Part shown: piece by piece, positions 8,446-16,637 of the stretch
How positions within the stretch are numbered: position 1 is the first letter of the stretch
Layout of the letters: each line of letters begins with the position of its first letter
Translations under genes and position numbers: made by a program
Notes under the pieces: generated by a model
Seen by the model: the letters and a program-made list of their open reading frames with translations, nothing else
Databases searched by the model: none
What the model was told of the DNA's origin: nothing
IMG/VR virus record: IMGVR_UViG_3300047551_001440
Span: 1 to 34,291 of that record
Direction: 5' to 3' (one strand)
DNA: 34,291 bases
Origin: a virus
Taxonomy: Duplodnaviria; Caudoviricetes

Positions 8446-8658
8446 ATGAAAGACCATGTATCCAACCTGACCGTCGTGATGGAGTTCCTGCTCGACGCCT
8501 ACAGCGCCAAGCACGAGGACTGTGATTTAAATGATGTTCTGTCCGCGGTCGCACTCATGTTCATTTCGTTGTGCAAGCAACACGATGTTTCACGCACCAC
8601 GATGCTTGGTGGACTGAACCAGATGTACGAGGACATCGAAAACGAGAGGGCGCACTGA
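8446..8658 (+). CDS. Hypothetical protein
   Basis: GAGG RBS; helical composition. Confidence 0.7.
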   Translation: MKDHVSNLTVVMEFLLDAYSAKHEDCDLNDVLSAVALMFISLCKQHDVSRTTMLGGLNQMYEDIENERAH

Positions 8659-8768
8659 TGAACGACAAGCGCATCGAATCGGGGACCATGATGGCAGTCT
8701 ATGTCGCGGTCTACATCCTGGCCGTTGCGGTCATCCTTCTGGACCTTCTTGTGTGGAGACCCTGGTGA
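8658..8768 (+). CDS. Small membrane peptide (36 aa)
   Basis: TGATG overlap; VYVAVYILAVAVILLDLLVWRP TM helix. Confidence 0.65.
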   Translation: MNDKRIESGTMMAVYVAVYILAVAVILLDLLVWRPW

Positions 8769-8986
8769 TCTACGCAGTGACGCACCATGACCCGACCTTC
8801 CTCAAAGAAGCCTACAAACACTCCGACATCGAACTGATCAACCATGAAGCGTTCGTCCCCCCAGGCCAGAAATACCTCACCTGGGACGGGCAGTGGAGAC
8901 TGTGGAAGATGCTGCCCGAGAGGGTGCCGATACCGCAGGGTAGATACCAGACGCTGAACGCCGCGCTGTTCTACTCCAAGCGATAA
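8765..8986 (+). CDS. Hypothetical protein
   Basis: GTGA overlap with the upstream stop; GGAG RBS. Confidence 0.6.
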   Translation: MIYAVTHHDPTFLKEAYKHSDIELINHEAFVPPGQKYLTWDGQWRLWKMLPERVPIPQGRYQTLNAALFYSKR

Positions 8987-9002
8987 CAATCCAAGCGATA
9001 AC

Positions 9003-9029
9003 AAGGGACCCTCGGGTCCCTTTTCTTTT
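9003..9029 (+). terminator. Intrinsic terminator of the early region
   Basis: AAGGGACC-CTCG-GGTCCCTT followed by TTCTTTT. Confidence 0.8.
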
Positions 9030-9202
9030 GTTATCTATTTTGTTTGTTGGTGCGTTTACACGGGGTGGCTCACGGGATGAGCCTGCTGCTTTTATACCTG
9101 CGCCGGGGCGTAGGTATAAAAGTCCCCCAAATTTGATATGCGTGTAAACGGTATGGCCGGAGAGGCCCGCCGGAGCGGGCGTAAGAATTTTTACGGTGAT
9201 GT

Positions 9203-10897
9203 TTAAAAGTTGTCGAGGTTCTCCGAGTACGTCCCGGCGATCTTGTTGAAGATCAGGGTTGTCTCGCCCTGAGTACCCACCCAACGGTATCGGCACTTCC
9301 AGACGGCGATCTCGACATGGTCCACCTGACGGTGGACGGTGACCCCGCAGTCGGCCTTTGCCCACCATGCCATCGACCCGCTGATGGACATCCCGTCCGG
9401 TCGGGGTTGCTCCACCCCTGCCCGTTGAATCTTGGATGGGTGGGCGATGAAGAAGGTGTGGACCTCATGCGCCTTGCAGAACTTCTGGACCTTGGTCAGC
9501 ATCTGACTGATCGCGTCGGTCTCGGTCGTATTCTGTCGGTCCAGTTCAATGTAGTTGTAGGGGTCGATGACCAACCCGCGGACCCCCATGCGTTTAACTG
9601 CCCCACGCGCGCGCATGAGGATGGAGTCCAGGGTGTTCGGTTCTTCCCCGTTTGAATCGATGAAAAGGAAGTGGTCCTGCACCCACCGGAATGCCTGCTC
9701 CTTCTCCTGCTCGGTCATCCTGCTGTTGCCCTGGAAGAAGCGCCGCTTGGTGTAAATCTCCATGAGCCTGGAGATATGAATCTCGGGTTGGTTCTCAAAC
9801 GAACAGATGGCGAACTTCCAATCGTGGTCCCTGGCAAGGTTGACCATGATCTGGTCCACGAAGTTGCTCTTGCCCGATGATGGGTATCCGGTGATGACGC
9901 TGAGTTGTCCCGGCGCAATCGTGTAAATGGTGTCCAGGGATGAATACCCGGTGGAGAAGCCCTTGCCTGACCCGCGGCTGAAGAGATCGTTTAACCGCTC
10001 CGCGTAGGTGCTTGCGTCGGAGAGTCCCGCGATGGGATAGGGCTGCGCCTTGTCGAGGATGTCCTTGACCGCCGCGGCAGCGAGACCAGTTCCCTCCCGA
10101 GAAGGGTCGTTGAAGACTTCGTTCAGGTCCTTGGCTTCAAACTTGGCTACGCGACATTTCTCCTTGCCTATGCGTCTTGCGAGTTCTTCTGCCAACGCTT
10201 GACCGGGGGAGTCCTGATCAGTGGCGAGGATGACGTAGGGGGCCTTCTCCAGTACCTCCCGCGCATTCCATACGAAGGAAAACTTCTTGTCCTCCGAGGG
10301 CAGGACCTTGCCGTCTGCCACCTTGACCGGAGCGCCGCCTGGGACCGACAGGACGTTTTCCACTCCCGCTTCGTGAAGGGTCAATGCATCGATCTCACCT
10401 TCCACGATCACGATGGGCTTGTCGGGTACGACATTGTCCAGACCGAAGAAGTCGTGCGCCCCGCCTGACTCCTGTGTGAAATCCTTCTCCGGGAAGGATC
10501 GGTACTTCACTCCAACCAACGCACCGTTTCGGAAGTACGGGAACCCTATGCAGTCTGCCTCCTTGTTTAGACGGGCAAACCATTTACGCCCCGCAAACAG
10601 TTTGTACTTGTCGGCTGTCTCTTTCGAGATGCCCCGTGTCAGGAGGTAGTCGTAGTGACTGGACTGGAGTGCGCTCTCCAGAATCTTGGGTTGCGGGACT
10701 GCTGACAATTGATACTCCTTGCGTTGCGGTTGGACTGACCCACTGGAGTCACAGTGGTGGCAGTAGTACAGAACAGCCCCATCCGGCCTGCGGGTGAGGG
10801 TCATTTCTTTTAAACGGGATTTCTTCCGCTCAGAAGAACAAAAGGGACACTGCACTCGGGCAGTATCCCCATCGAAATCATCAAACTGAAGGTTCAT
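9203..10897 (-). CDS. T7 gp4/Twinkle-like DNA primase-helicase
   Basis: Zn finger CPFC...CHHC, TOPRIM EGEIDAL and DQD, SF4 Walker A GYPSSGKS, VIDP, AHP. Confidence 0.92.
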   Translation of the reverse strand: MNLQFDDFDGDTARVQCPFCSSERKKSRLKEMTLTRRPDGAVLYYCHHCDSSGSVQPQRKEYQLSAVPQPKILESALQSSHYDYLLTRGISKETADKYKLFAGRKWFARLNKEADCIGFPYFRNGALVGVKYRSFPEKDFTQESGGAHDFFGLDNVVPDKPIVIVEGEIDALTLHEAGVENVLSVPGGAPVKVADGKVLPSEDKKFSFVWNAREVLEKAPYVILATDQDSPGQALAEELARRIGKEKCRVAKFEAKDLNEVFNDPSREGTGLAAAAVKDILDKAQPYPIAGLSDASTYAERLNDLFSRGSGKGFSTGYSSLDTIYTIAPGQLSVITGYPSSGKSNFVDQIMVNLARDHDWKFAICSFENQPEIHISRLMEIYTKRRFFQGNSRMTEQEKEQAFRWVQDHFLFIDSNGEEPNTLDSILMRARGAVKRMGVRGLVIDPYNYIELDRQNTTETDAISQMLTKVQKFCKAHEVHTFFIAHPSKIQRAGVEQPRPDGMSISGSMAWWAKADCGVTVHRQVDHVEIAVWKCRYRWVGTQGETTLIFNKIAGTYSENLDNF

Positions 10898-11112
10898 TGC
10901 AGTGAGTCAGAGGGCATCTGAAGACGGAGGTGAAACCGGATCAGTTCGAATGCCCTGAAGACGCGATCCGACTCCTCCAGTACCTCAAGGGTCTCTTGCC
11001 TTGTGAGGGACTCCGGGTCATCTCTGAGTGTGATCAGTTTGGGTCCCAGGTTCTCAAGCCTGATGGTCCACTCACGGACCAACTCCATCACTTCCGTGGA
11101 GGGTCGGCTCAC
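10894..11112 (-). CDS. Hypothetical protein
   Basis: 4-bp overlaps with both neighbours. Confidence 0.7.
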   Translation of the reverse strand: MSRPSTEVMELVREWTIRLENLGPKLITLRDDPESLTRQETLEVLEESDRVFRAFELIRFHLRLQMPSDSLQ

Positions 11113-11357
11113 TTCATGCTCCCGTCAGGGTTGCGTTTAAAACTGCGGTTCTTGGATGGAGCCTCAAGACGTATACCGTCCTTGTTGCTGCCACCCTTGG
11201 ACAGGGCCTTGACATGACCGACATCCTTGCCCGTGCGGTCAACGCCCTTCTTGTCCAACGACCGACGCGCCCGTTGGCGCTCCATCCGTTTGTCGTGCTC
11301 ACCACGCTCTACCTGGGTCTTGTACTCTTGTTTGTAGTTCCTCTTGAGCATCGGCAT
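11109..11357 (-). CDS. Small HNH-like protein
   Basis: KDVGHVKALSKGGSN...NRS; AGGAG RBS. Confidence 0.7.
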   Translation of the reverse strand: MPMLKRNYKQEYKTQVERGEHDKRMERQRARRSLDKKGVDRTGKDVGHVKALSKGGSNKDGIRLEAPSKNRSFKRNPDGSMK

Positions 11358-11412
11358 GGTTGTCTCCTGATCGAAGGATCGTAGATGGTTTGGTCTGCCT
11401 GATCAATCCGGG

Positions 11413-11829
11413 TCAGAACGGTTTGAACTCTTTCAATGGAAAGACTGCCGTTGGCTCCGTGTCCTGCCAGTCATTCCTGTCTACCCTGCCCCACATCACG
11501 ATCTCAAACCGTTCCTGTTTAACCTCTCGCCAGTAAATTTCATCCCCGAAGGCCACGGCCAACAGGAATGGAAGGCCAGTCACTCGACTCAACTCAAGTC
11601 CTGCCATGACCTTGTGCAGGGACAGTTTGATGTCCTGCTTCTTGGCCCGACACTTGATCTCAAGCCACGCCTTCACTTTGTCATCCTCGGAGGTCAGTGC
11701 GTAATCCAACTGGTAATGCAAGGGCAACTTCCACCACTCACAGTGCCACCTCTTGCACAGGGCATCGATGACGGTCTGTTCAGCCTCCCGATCTTTCGGG
11801 GTTTCATACAGTCTTCTGAGTGAGGTCAT
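11413..11829 (-). CDS. PD-(D/E)XK nuclease-fold protein
   Basis: LDY...WLEIKCR; start placed at ATG 11829 because the upstream part of the listed ORF is structured, leader-like sequence. Confidence 0.65.
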   Translation of the reverse strand: MTSLRRLYETPKDREAEQTVIDALCKRWHCEWWKLPLHYQLDYALTSEDDKVKAWLEIKCRAKKQDIKLSLHKVMAGLELSRVTGLPFLLAVAFGDEIYWREVKQERFEIVMWGRVDRNDWQDTEPTAVFPLKEFKPF

Positions 11830-12060
11830 ACAGGTTAGATCACCAAAGACTCCCCCTACCCCAACACTAGTGGGTAGCGGGAGGATCACCACCCCCGAAG
11901 GGGCACTGTCATGTGCCATCGCTGACACCCCCGAGCCTGACAGTACGACTAGCCCCACGGATTGTTCGGGAACTGCCCCCTAGTCCGAAGACGTACCGTG
12001 TCGCGGTTTCCTTCCGAGCAGCCCCACTTGCGGCCCTTGCTGTCGTGCGGAGTACGGGCG

Positions 12061-12176
12061 AAAAAAAACCGCTAAGACAGACCCCGGTGGCAACAATCCT
12101 TTTAGTGGAAGGATGTCCCCTTGCGGGGTCGGAGTCTGACTTAGCGGTTCTTCCTGCTTGTTGCCACACGAGCAGG
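12061..12176 (-). ncRNA. C4-antisense-like structured RNA with upstream complementary hairpin
   Basis: Outer stem AACCGCUAAG-U-CAGACUCCG / CGGGGUCUG-U-CUUAGCGGUU ending in a run of 8 U; GCAA tetraloop hairpin; second hairpin; UUGUUGCCAC complementary to the upstream loop GUGGCAACAA. Confidence 0.65.
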
Positions 12177-12183
12177 TGTTCGC

Positions 12184-12213
12184 ACTTTAATCCAAGGGAC
12201 AAGACCTTGTCAA
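12184..12213 (-). promoter_or_regulatory. Leftward sigma70-like promoter
   Basis: TTGACA (12213-12208)-N18-TAAAGT (12189-12184). Confidence 0.65.
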
Positions 12214-12234
12214 CACCCCCTGATTGGGTATGAT
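12207..12234 (+). promoter_or_regulatory. Rightward sigma70-like promoter overlapping the leftward -35
   Basis: TTGTCA (12207-12212)-N16-TATGAT (12229-12234). Confidence 0.6.
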
Positions 12235-12239
12235 GACGA

Positions 12240-12314
12240 AGACAGGTTCACGCCTGTCTCTCTCCTAGTTCATGTGAAGACATGTTGGCCCCGCTTCTTG
12301 CGGGGCTTTTCTTT
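12240..12314 (+). ncRNA. Putative anti-Shine-Dalgarno small RNA (~75 nt)
   Basis: Upstream promoter, 5' hairpin AGACAGG/CCUGUCU, free CUCUCCUAGUU, small hairpin, plus-strand terminator. Confidence 0.6.
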
Positions 12315-12701
12315 GGGCGGGAGAGTCTCAATGATGATCTCTGACCGCGGGTTCTCCTTGTCCAGGCCCCAGAAGATGTGCTTCTCCTTGACCTGCCTGT
12401 CGTTTACATAGGCCACCCCCTGCAAGAGGTCGAGGATCAGGGACTCATCCAGATCAGGACGCCGGGAGGCATAGAAGATGCGGATCGTGATCCGTACATC
12501 CTGATCGATCAGCGGGCTGACCGGCGTGGCCTGCGCTTTAAACACATCCGAGTACGTCAGCGCCTTCTTGCTCTTGATGAGCCGTGAGATGCCGCCGATC
12601 CTGGCGATCTTCCTGCTGTTGGCCTTGGATGCAGGCTCACCACAAATAACGAACACAAGTGCTTGCGTTCCGTTCCAGATGGTGCTATCGTCTGTTCCCA
12701 T
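12270..12701 (-). CDS. rusA: RusA-like Holliday junction resolvase
   Basis: PASKANSR...RRPDLD...LDLLQG...NDRQV; start uncertain (12701 or 12728). Confidence 0.8.
   Translation of the reverse strand: MGTDDSTIWNGTQALVFVICGEPASKANSRKIARIGGISRLIKSKKALTYSDVFKAQATPVSPLIDQDVRITIRIFYASRRPDLDESLILDLLQGVAYVNDRQVKEKHIFWGLDKENPRSEIIIETLPPKEKPRKKRGQHVFT
12288..12314 (+). terminator. Intrinsic terminator (plus strand only)
   Basis: GCCCCGC-TTCTT-GCGGGGC-TTTTCTTT; no U-tract on the minus strand. Confidence 0.75.
12663..12691 (+). promoter_or_regulatory. Putative promoter of the recombination operon
   Basis: TTGCGT-N17-TATCGT with extended -10 TG; AGTGC precedes the -35 as in the early promoters. Confidence 0.45.
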
Positions 12702-12728
12702 GTTCCACAACCAACCTTTCAACCGCAC

Positions 12729-13589
12729 ATGAAAGTGACCAACAAGTTCGGTGTCCCAGAGACACTGGTGACGTTGGCGACCCGCGAATACTACAGTAAG
12801 GGTGGCTCTCAGTACAGCGCCACCGAGTTGCTGTCACCTCCGCGGGTTCGCCGTTTGCGCGAACAATACAGCAGCGAGATTGAGACTGATGTGACTGATC
12901 TGATGTGGCAGATGCTTGGCTCTGCCCTGCACGTTGTGATGGAGCGTGGGCAGACCGATGGTCATATCACTGAAGAACGCATCTATGCCGAGATCGACGG
13001 TGTCACCGTGTCGGGTCAGATCGATCTCCAGTCTGAAGAGATGGGCGGCGTGGTCATCACCGACTACAAGTTCTGTTCTGCCTGGGCTGTGATGAATGAG
13101 AAGCCCGAGTGGGAGCAGCAACTCAATGTGTACAAGTGGTTGGTCGAGACGGTCAAGCGCAAGAAGGTCGTGGGCCTTCGCATCTGCGCCCTGATCCGGG
13201 ACTTCAACCGACATGAGAACCGGGAGAACTACCCCGCCGCTCCGATCCAGATGATCGACATCCCCATGTGGCACAGCGTGGATGCCGAGGTGTTTATACG
13301 CAATCGGCTCAACATGCATCGGGACGCCAAGGTTGCCCATGATCTGGGAGACGCACTGCCCGAGTGCTCCCCTGAAGAAAGGTGGCAGTCAGAAACCACC
13401 TACGCAGTGAAGAGGGAAGGCAGGAAGACTGCCATCCGTGTGTTCAAGACCATTGAAGAAGCCAACGAACTGGCAGAGAAGGAAAAAGGCTATGTCGAAA
13501 CCCGCCCCGGCGAACCAAAGCGATGCACCGGAAACTACTGCGGAGTCTCCGCATGGTGTGAACAGTACCAAAGGAGCCTCAATGCTTGA
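12729..13589 (+). CDS. Cas4/RecB-like PD-(D/E)XK exonuclease
   Basis: GSALH, EER, SGQID, DYK, QLNVY; C-terminal RC..NYC.VS.WC; start at ATG 12729. Confidence 0.8.
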   Translation: MKVTNKFGVPETLVTLATREYYSKGGSQYSATELLSPPRVRRLREQYSSEIETDVTDLMWQMLGSALHVVMERGQTDGHITEERIYAEIDGVTVSGQIDLQSEEMGGVVITDYKFCSAWAVMNEKPEWEQQLNVYKWLVETVKRKKVVGLRICALIRDFNRHENRENYPAAPIQMIDIPMWHSVDAEVFIRNRLNMHRDAKVAHDLGDALPECSPEERWQSETTYAVKREGRKTAIRVFKTIEEANELAEKEKGYVETRPGEPKRCTGNYCGVSAWCEQYQRSLNA

Positions 13590-14217
13590 GCACGAACTCC
13601 TGAAACTGGATGTCTCCGGTTTCACTGAGAAGAAGCAGGGCCTGACCTATCTGTCATGGGCACACGCATGGGCACACGCCCTGCGGGTTGATCCCACTGC
13701 CAACTTCAATGTCCGCTCCTTCGATGGCAAGGCGTACATGGATGTAAACGGCACGGGCTTGGTATGGGTCGATGTGACCATCGGCGGCAGGACCCGCACC
13801 TGTTGGCTCCCCGTGATGGACTACAAGAACAAGGCCATCACCAACCCGGACGCCTTCCAAGTCAACACCGCCATCATGCGCTGCCTGACCAAGTGTCTTG
13901 CCATGTTTGGCCTGGGGTTGAACGTGTATGCGGGTGAAGACCTTCCTCTGTCGTTTGAACAGGACAAGGAAGAGAAGAAGCCCGAGCCGAAGGCCGAGCA
14001 GAAGCCTGCCAAGGACGATCCTGAGATGGAGTCCATCGTCCTGACCGCCGACCTCCTGATCACCTACCTCGACGTTCAGAGGACCGAGGCAGACCTCAAG
14101 TCCTACTGGAAGTCCAATCAGGAGTTCATCGACAAGTTGAAGGTCAAGTCCCCCGATCTGTACGACATCGTTCGTCAGAAATTCACTGAAGCAAAGGAGA
14201 AGGCAATTGCCAGGTAA
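13582..14217 (+). CDS. Sak-like single-strand annealing protein (DUF1071)
   Basis: EKKQGLTYLSWAHAW, LPVMD, RCLTKCLAMFGLGL.VYAGED; AGGAG RBS before ATG 13582. Confidence 0.85.
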   Translation: MLEHELLKLDVSGFTEKKQGLTYLSWAHAWAHALRVDPTANFNVRSFDGKAYMDVNGTGLVWVDVTIGGRTRTCWLPVMDYKNKAITNPDAFQVNTAIMRCLTKCLAMFGLGLNVYAGEDLPLSFEQDKEEKKPEPKAEQKPAKDDPEMESIVLTADLLITYLDVQRTEADLKSYWKSNQEFIDKLKVKSPDLYDIVRQKFTEAKEKAIAR

Positions 14218-14371
14218 CACCAACACCAACCACGCCCTGTCTGTGAGCATCCCCGTCTTTGAGGGCCTCACGCAGGTTAGGAAACAGATGGAGGCAGAAC
14301 TGGGTATCAAACTGTCCTTCACCCAGGTCATCGGCCTTTTGATCAAGAACTTCAAGGAAGCAAACAAGTGA
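14207..14371 (+). CDS. Small ribbon-helix-helix-like protein (54 aa, absent from ORF track)
   Basis: TTG start after AAGGAG; MPGNTNTNHALSVSIPVFEGLTQVRKQMEAELGIKLSFTQVIGLLIKNFKEANK; stop overlaps the next GTG. Confidence 0.6.
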   Translation: MPGNTNTNHALSVSIPVFEGLTQVRKQMEAELGIKLSFTQVIGLLIKNFKEANK

Positions 14372-14652
14372 GTACGTTTGAACAGCGTAAAGACAGCGGT
14401 CGCCTGATGGCATCTCAATCCAAGCGGTCGGAGAAGTCTCCCGACTACTGGGGTGAGATCGCCATCGATGTGAAGGACATGACCAAGGTCCAGAAGACCG
14501 AGGACGGGTTGTACGTCTTCAAGATCAACGGGTGGAAGAAGAAGAGCAAGTCGGGCGTGACCTACTTGTCCCTGGCCGTTGATCGTTTCATCCCGAAGGA
14601 GGAACCCAAGCCCTCCCGTCGTGATGATGACGATGAAGATGTCCCTTTCTGA
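14368..14652 (+). CDS. Single-stranded DNA-binding protein-like
   Basis: PDYWG, GWKK, YLSL and acidic tail DDDDEDVPF; follows the SSAP gene. Confidence 0.75.
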   Translation: MSTFEQRKDSGRLMASQSKRSEKSPDYWGEIAIDVKDMTKVQKTEDGLYVFKINGWKKKSKSGVTYLSLAVDRFIPKEEPKPSRRDDDDEDVPF

Positions 14653-14660
14653 GGTGCGGC

Positions 14661-15047
14661 ATGGCGCTTCAATTTGAGGCCAGGAAGGTCGCACTGAAGC
14701 AGGACCGCACAGGGTTCATCCTGACCCTGTGCCTGCACCCTGACGAAATCCCTGAAGAACTTCTCCGGGACTTCGTTGGGGCGCGGTATGCCTGCGCCTT
14801 TGTACGGATTCAGGATGATGAGTCCGCCACGCCATACAACAACCGAGTCCAGAAGGCAGCAATCCTGTGTAAACGGGAGACGTTCTGGTGGTTCCTTGGC
14901 TCACCTGAGTCGGAAGAAGGGGCCGCCACTACCCTTTGCCAGTTTCTTGGTATTGAGTCACGCGCTGAACTCAACGGCAACAAGAGGGCACAGGAAGCGT
15001 TTGATGACTTGGTTAAACGATACGAGAAAGTCAATGACCCCTTCTAA
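14661..15047 (+). CDS. Hypothetical protein
   Basis: GAGG RBS. Confidence 0.75.
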   Translation: MALQFEARKVALKQDRTGFILTLCLHPDEIPEELLRDFVGARYACAFVRIQDDESATPYNNRVQKAAILCKRETFWWFLGSPESEEGAATTLCQFLGIESRAELNGNKRAQEAFDDLVKRYEKVNDPF

Positions 15048-15372
15048 GAAACCACTGAAGCCTTTCATGGCTTACATCGATGAGGGGCAGTACGCCCGAA
15101 TGCGGAAGTTCTCGACCAAGACCCGTGTGCCCATGAGTCAACTGATCCGAGAAGCCATCGACATGAGGATCGCCCCCAACGCGCCCTACATCGATGGGTT
15201 TAACGCAGGACTCCAGAAGGCCATGATCATCGTGTCAAGCAACAAGGCCGCGGAGATGCGGTTCCCGTCCGGTCGGTCGTTCGCTGAACTCATCAACGAG
15301 GACCTTGAGAACGCAGAAATGGAGGTGAACAATGAAATTGACGGGGCAGAGGAATCAGTGTCGAACGTGTAG
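15034..15372 (+). CDS. Ribbon-helix-helix DNA-binding protein
   Basis: FMAYIDEGQYARMRKFS...PMSQLIREAID; ATG 15034. Confidence 0.65.
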   Translation: MTPSKKPLKPFMAYIDEGQYARMRKFSTKTRVPMSQLIREAIDMRIAPNAPYIDGFNAGLQKAMIIVSSNKAAEMRFPSGRSFAELINEDLENAEMEVNNEIDGAEESVSNV

Positions 15373-15544
15373 TCGGTACTTCAATTCCAACGCCGCATTC
15401 GATAAACACCGCACGGGCGATCACGGTGTAAACCGTCACTGCATGACGGACGAGGAAATGATCGCCAAAGGGATGGTCTTGCGGCCTGATGGATTCTGGC
15501 GCGGCGAGGCCATGATTGGTTACAGAGAAGAGGAAACCCAATGA
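15332..15544 (+). CDS. FDXHR-type zinc-binding protein
   Basis: CRTC..YF....AFDKHRTG......C; GGAGG RBS. Confidence 0.75.
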   Translation: MKLTGQRNQCRTCSRYFNSNAAFDKHRTGDHGVNRHCMTDEEMIAKGMVLRPDGFWRGEAMIGYREEETQ

Positions 15545-15747
15545 AGCACATTCTTTCCGTACTTGCGATCTGTGTGTCTGCCATGACTGCCCCCGCCAAG
15601 GTGGAGGCTCGGGCCGGGACCCTGGTCAGTTGCGACTTCATCCAGACCCGTGAGGGTGGTCGGTATGTCGGCACCTACTGTGCTGACTACCAATGCACCT
15701 ATCACGTTCGTCGGGTGTTTACATCGTACTGCCCGTACAGCATCTGA
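15541..15747 (+). CDS. Small Cys-rich exported protein
   Basis: Signal-peptide-like N terminus; four Cys in the mature part. Confidence 0.65.
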   Translation: MKHILSVLAICVSAMTAPAKVEARAGTLVSCDFIQTREGGRYVGTYCADYQCTYHVRRVFTSYCPYSI

Positions 15748-15947
15748 TGAAGTACCCCTGCTACACAACGAAGACAGGGCTGCGGATCGGGTGTGCGTAC
15801 ATGCCACCCGTCCGTCAGATGACCAACGAAGAGATACGGATTCAATCGATGCTTCTTGATAGCAAGCCCAGGCGGCTGAGTCTGGGAGTGGTGTCATGCA
15901 TCTGTTTACTCCTTGTCATCTCAATTGCCTGGATTTCAAAACCATGA
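15747..15947 (+). CDS. Hypothetical protein with C-terminal TM helix
   Basis: TGATG overlap; MKYPCYTTKTGLRIG. Confidence 0.65.
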   Translation: MKYPCYTTKTGLRIGCAYMPPVRQMTNEEIRIQSMLLDSKPRRLSLGVVSCICLLLVISIAWISKP

Positions 15948-16063
15948 GAAGGCTCAATGAGTTGTTGTTTTCGCTGTGGCTGTTGGCCGTGATGATCTTG
16001 GCCTTCATCGCACCCTTCGTGATGTTGGGGATGTTGGTGGCCTACTTTTGGGGGGCAGTATGA
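15944..16063 (+). CDS. Small membrane peptide (39 aa, absent from ORF track)
   Basis: MRRLNELLFSLWLLAVMILAFIAPFVMLGMLVAYFWGAV; ATGA overlaps at both ends. Confidence 0.6.
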   Translation: MRRLNELLFSLWLLAVMILAFIAPFVMLGMLVAYFWGAV

Positions 16064-16278
16064 GTGAGGCCCTGCGCTTGGCTGATGCGCTTGAGCGCGA
16101 CTGGCACACAGGGGAGCGCGTAAATGTTGTTGCCGAACTGCGCCGCCTTCATGCGGTGAATGAAGAACTGTTGGAGGCGTTGATATTGATGCTTGAGGAT
16201 GCACGCCATGACCGCGTGACGATTGAGGTGTTCAATCAAGCATCGAACGCCATAGAAAAGGCAGGGGGTGCAGCATGA
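16060..16278 (+). CDS. Hypothetical protein
   Basis: MSEALRLADAL...AELRRLH; ATGA overlaps. Confidence 0.7.
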   Translation: MSEALRLADALERDWHTGERVNVVAELRRLHAVNEELLEALILMLEDARHDRVTIEVFNQASNAIEKAGGAA

Positions 16279-16637
16279 CAACACTACGAGCCGCCGCCGA
16301 GCGGGCGATTGAGGCGTTGGACTTGCTTGCCAAGTCTGAACACCCGGCAACCAATTTCACTACAAAGAGTGGTGGTCGAATTTATCCACACAAAGTGGCT
16401 GTTGATGCAGGAGTCGCCCTGCGCACCGCACTGTCGGAGCCTGAGCAGGACGAGCACGACCTGACCACCGTTTACATGGCGGGAAGGATGGATGAGCGGA
16501 AGGCGCAGCGCACGGAGCCTGTGCAAGATGACACCGCCCTGCTGCGGCAGTGCATGGAGGCTTTAATCAACACCACAGCACCAAAAGATTGGGTATTGAT
16601 TAAGGCCCTGCGCGAACGCTTGAAGGAGAGCACATGA
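16275..16637 (+). CDS. Hypothetical protein
   Basis: ATGA overlaps. Confidence 0.7.
   Translation: MTTLRAAAERAIEALDLLAKSEHPATNFTTKSGGRIYPHKVAVDAGVALRTALSEPEQDEHDLTTVYMAGRMDERKAQRTEPVQDDTALLRQCMEALINTTAPKDWVLIKALRERLKEST

Noticed and set aside
11830-12240. tRNA gene or protein-coding ORFs 11909-12202 / 11913-12233
   Set aside because: No T-loop/anticodon cloverleaf geometry; the ORFs cross terminator-like structures and lack an RBS.
12729-13589. cas4 of a CRISPR-Cas locus
   Set aside because: No other cas genes or array; exonuclease-SSAP-SSB context indicates phage recombination.
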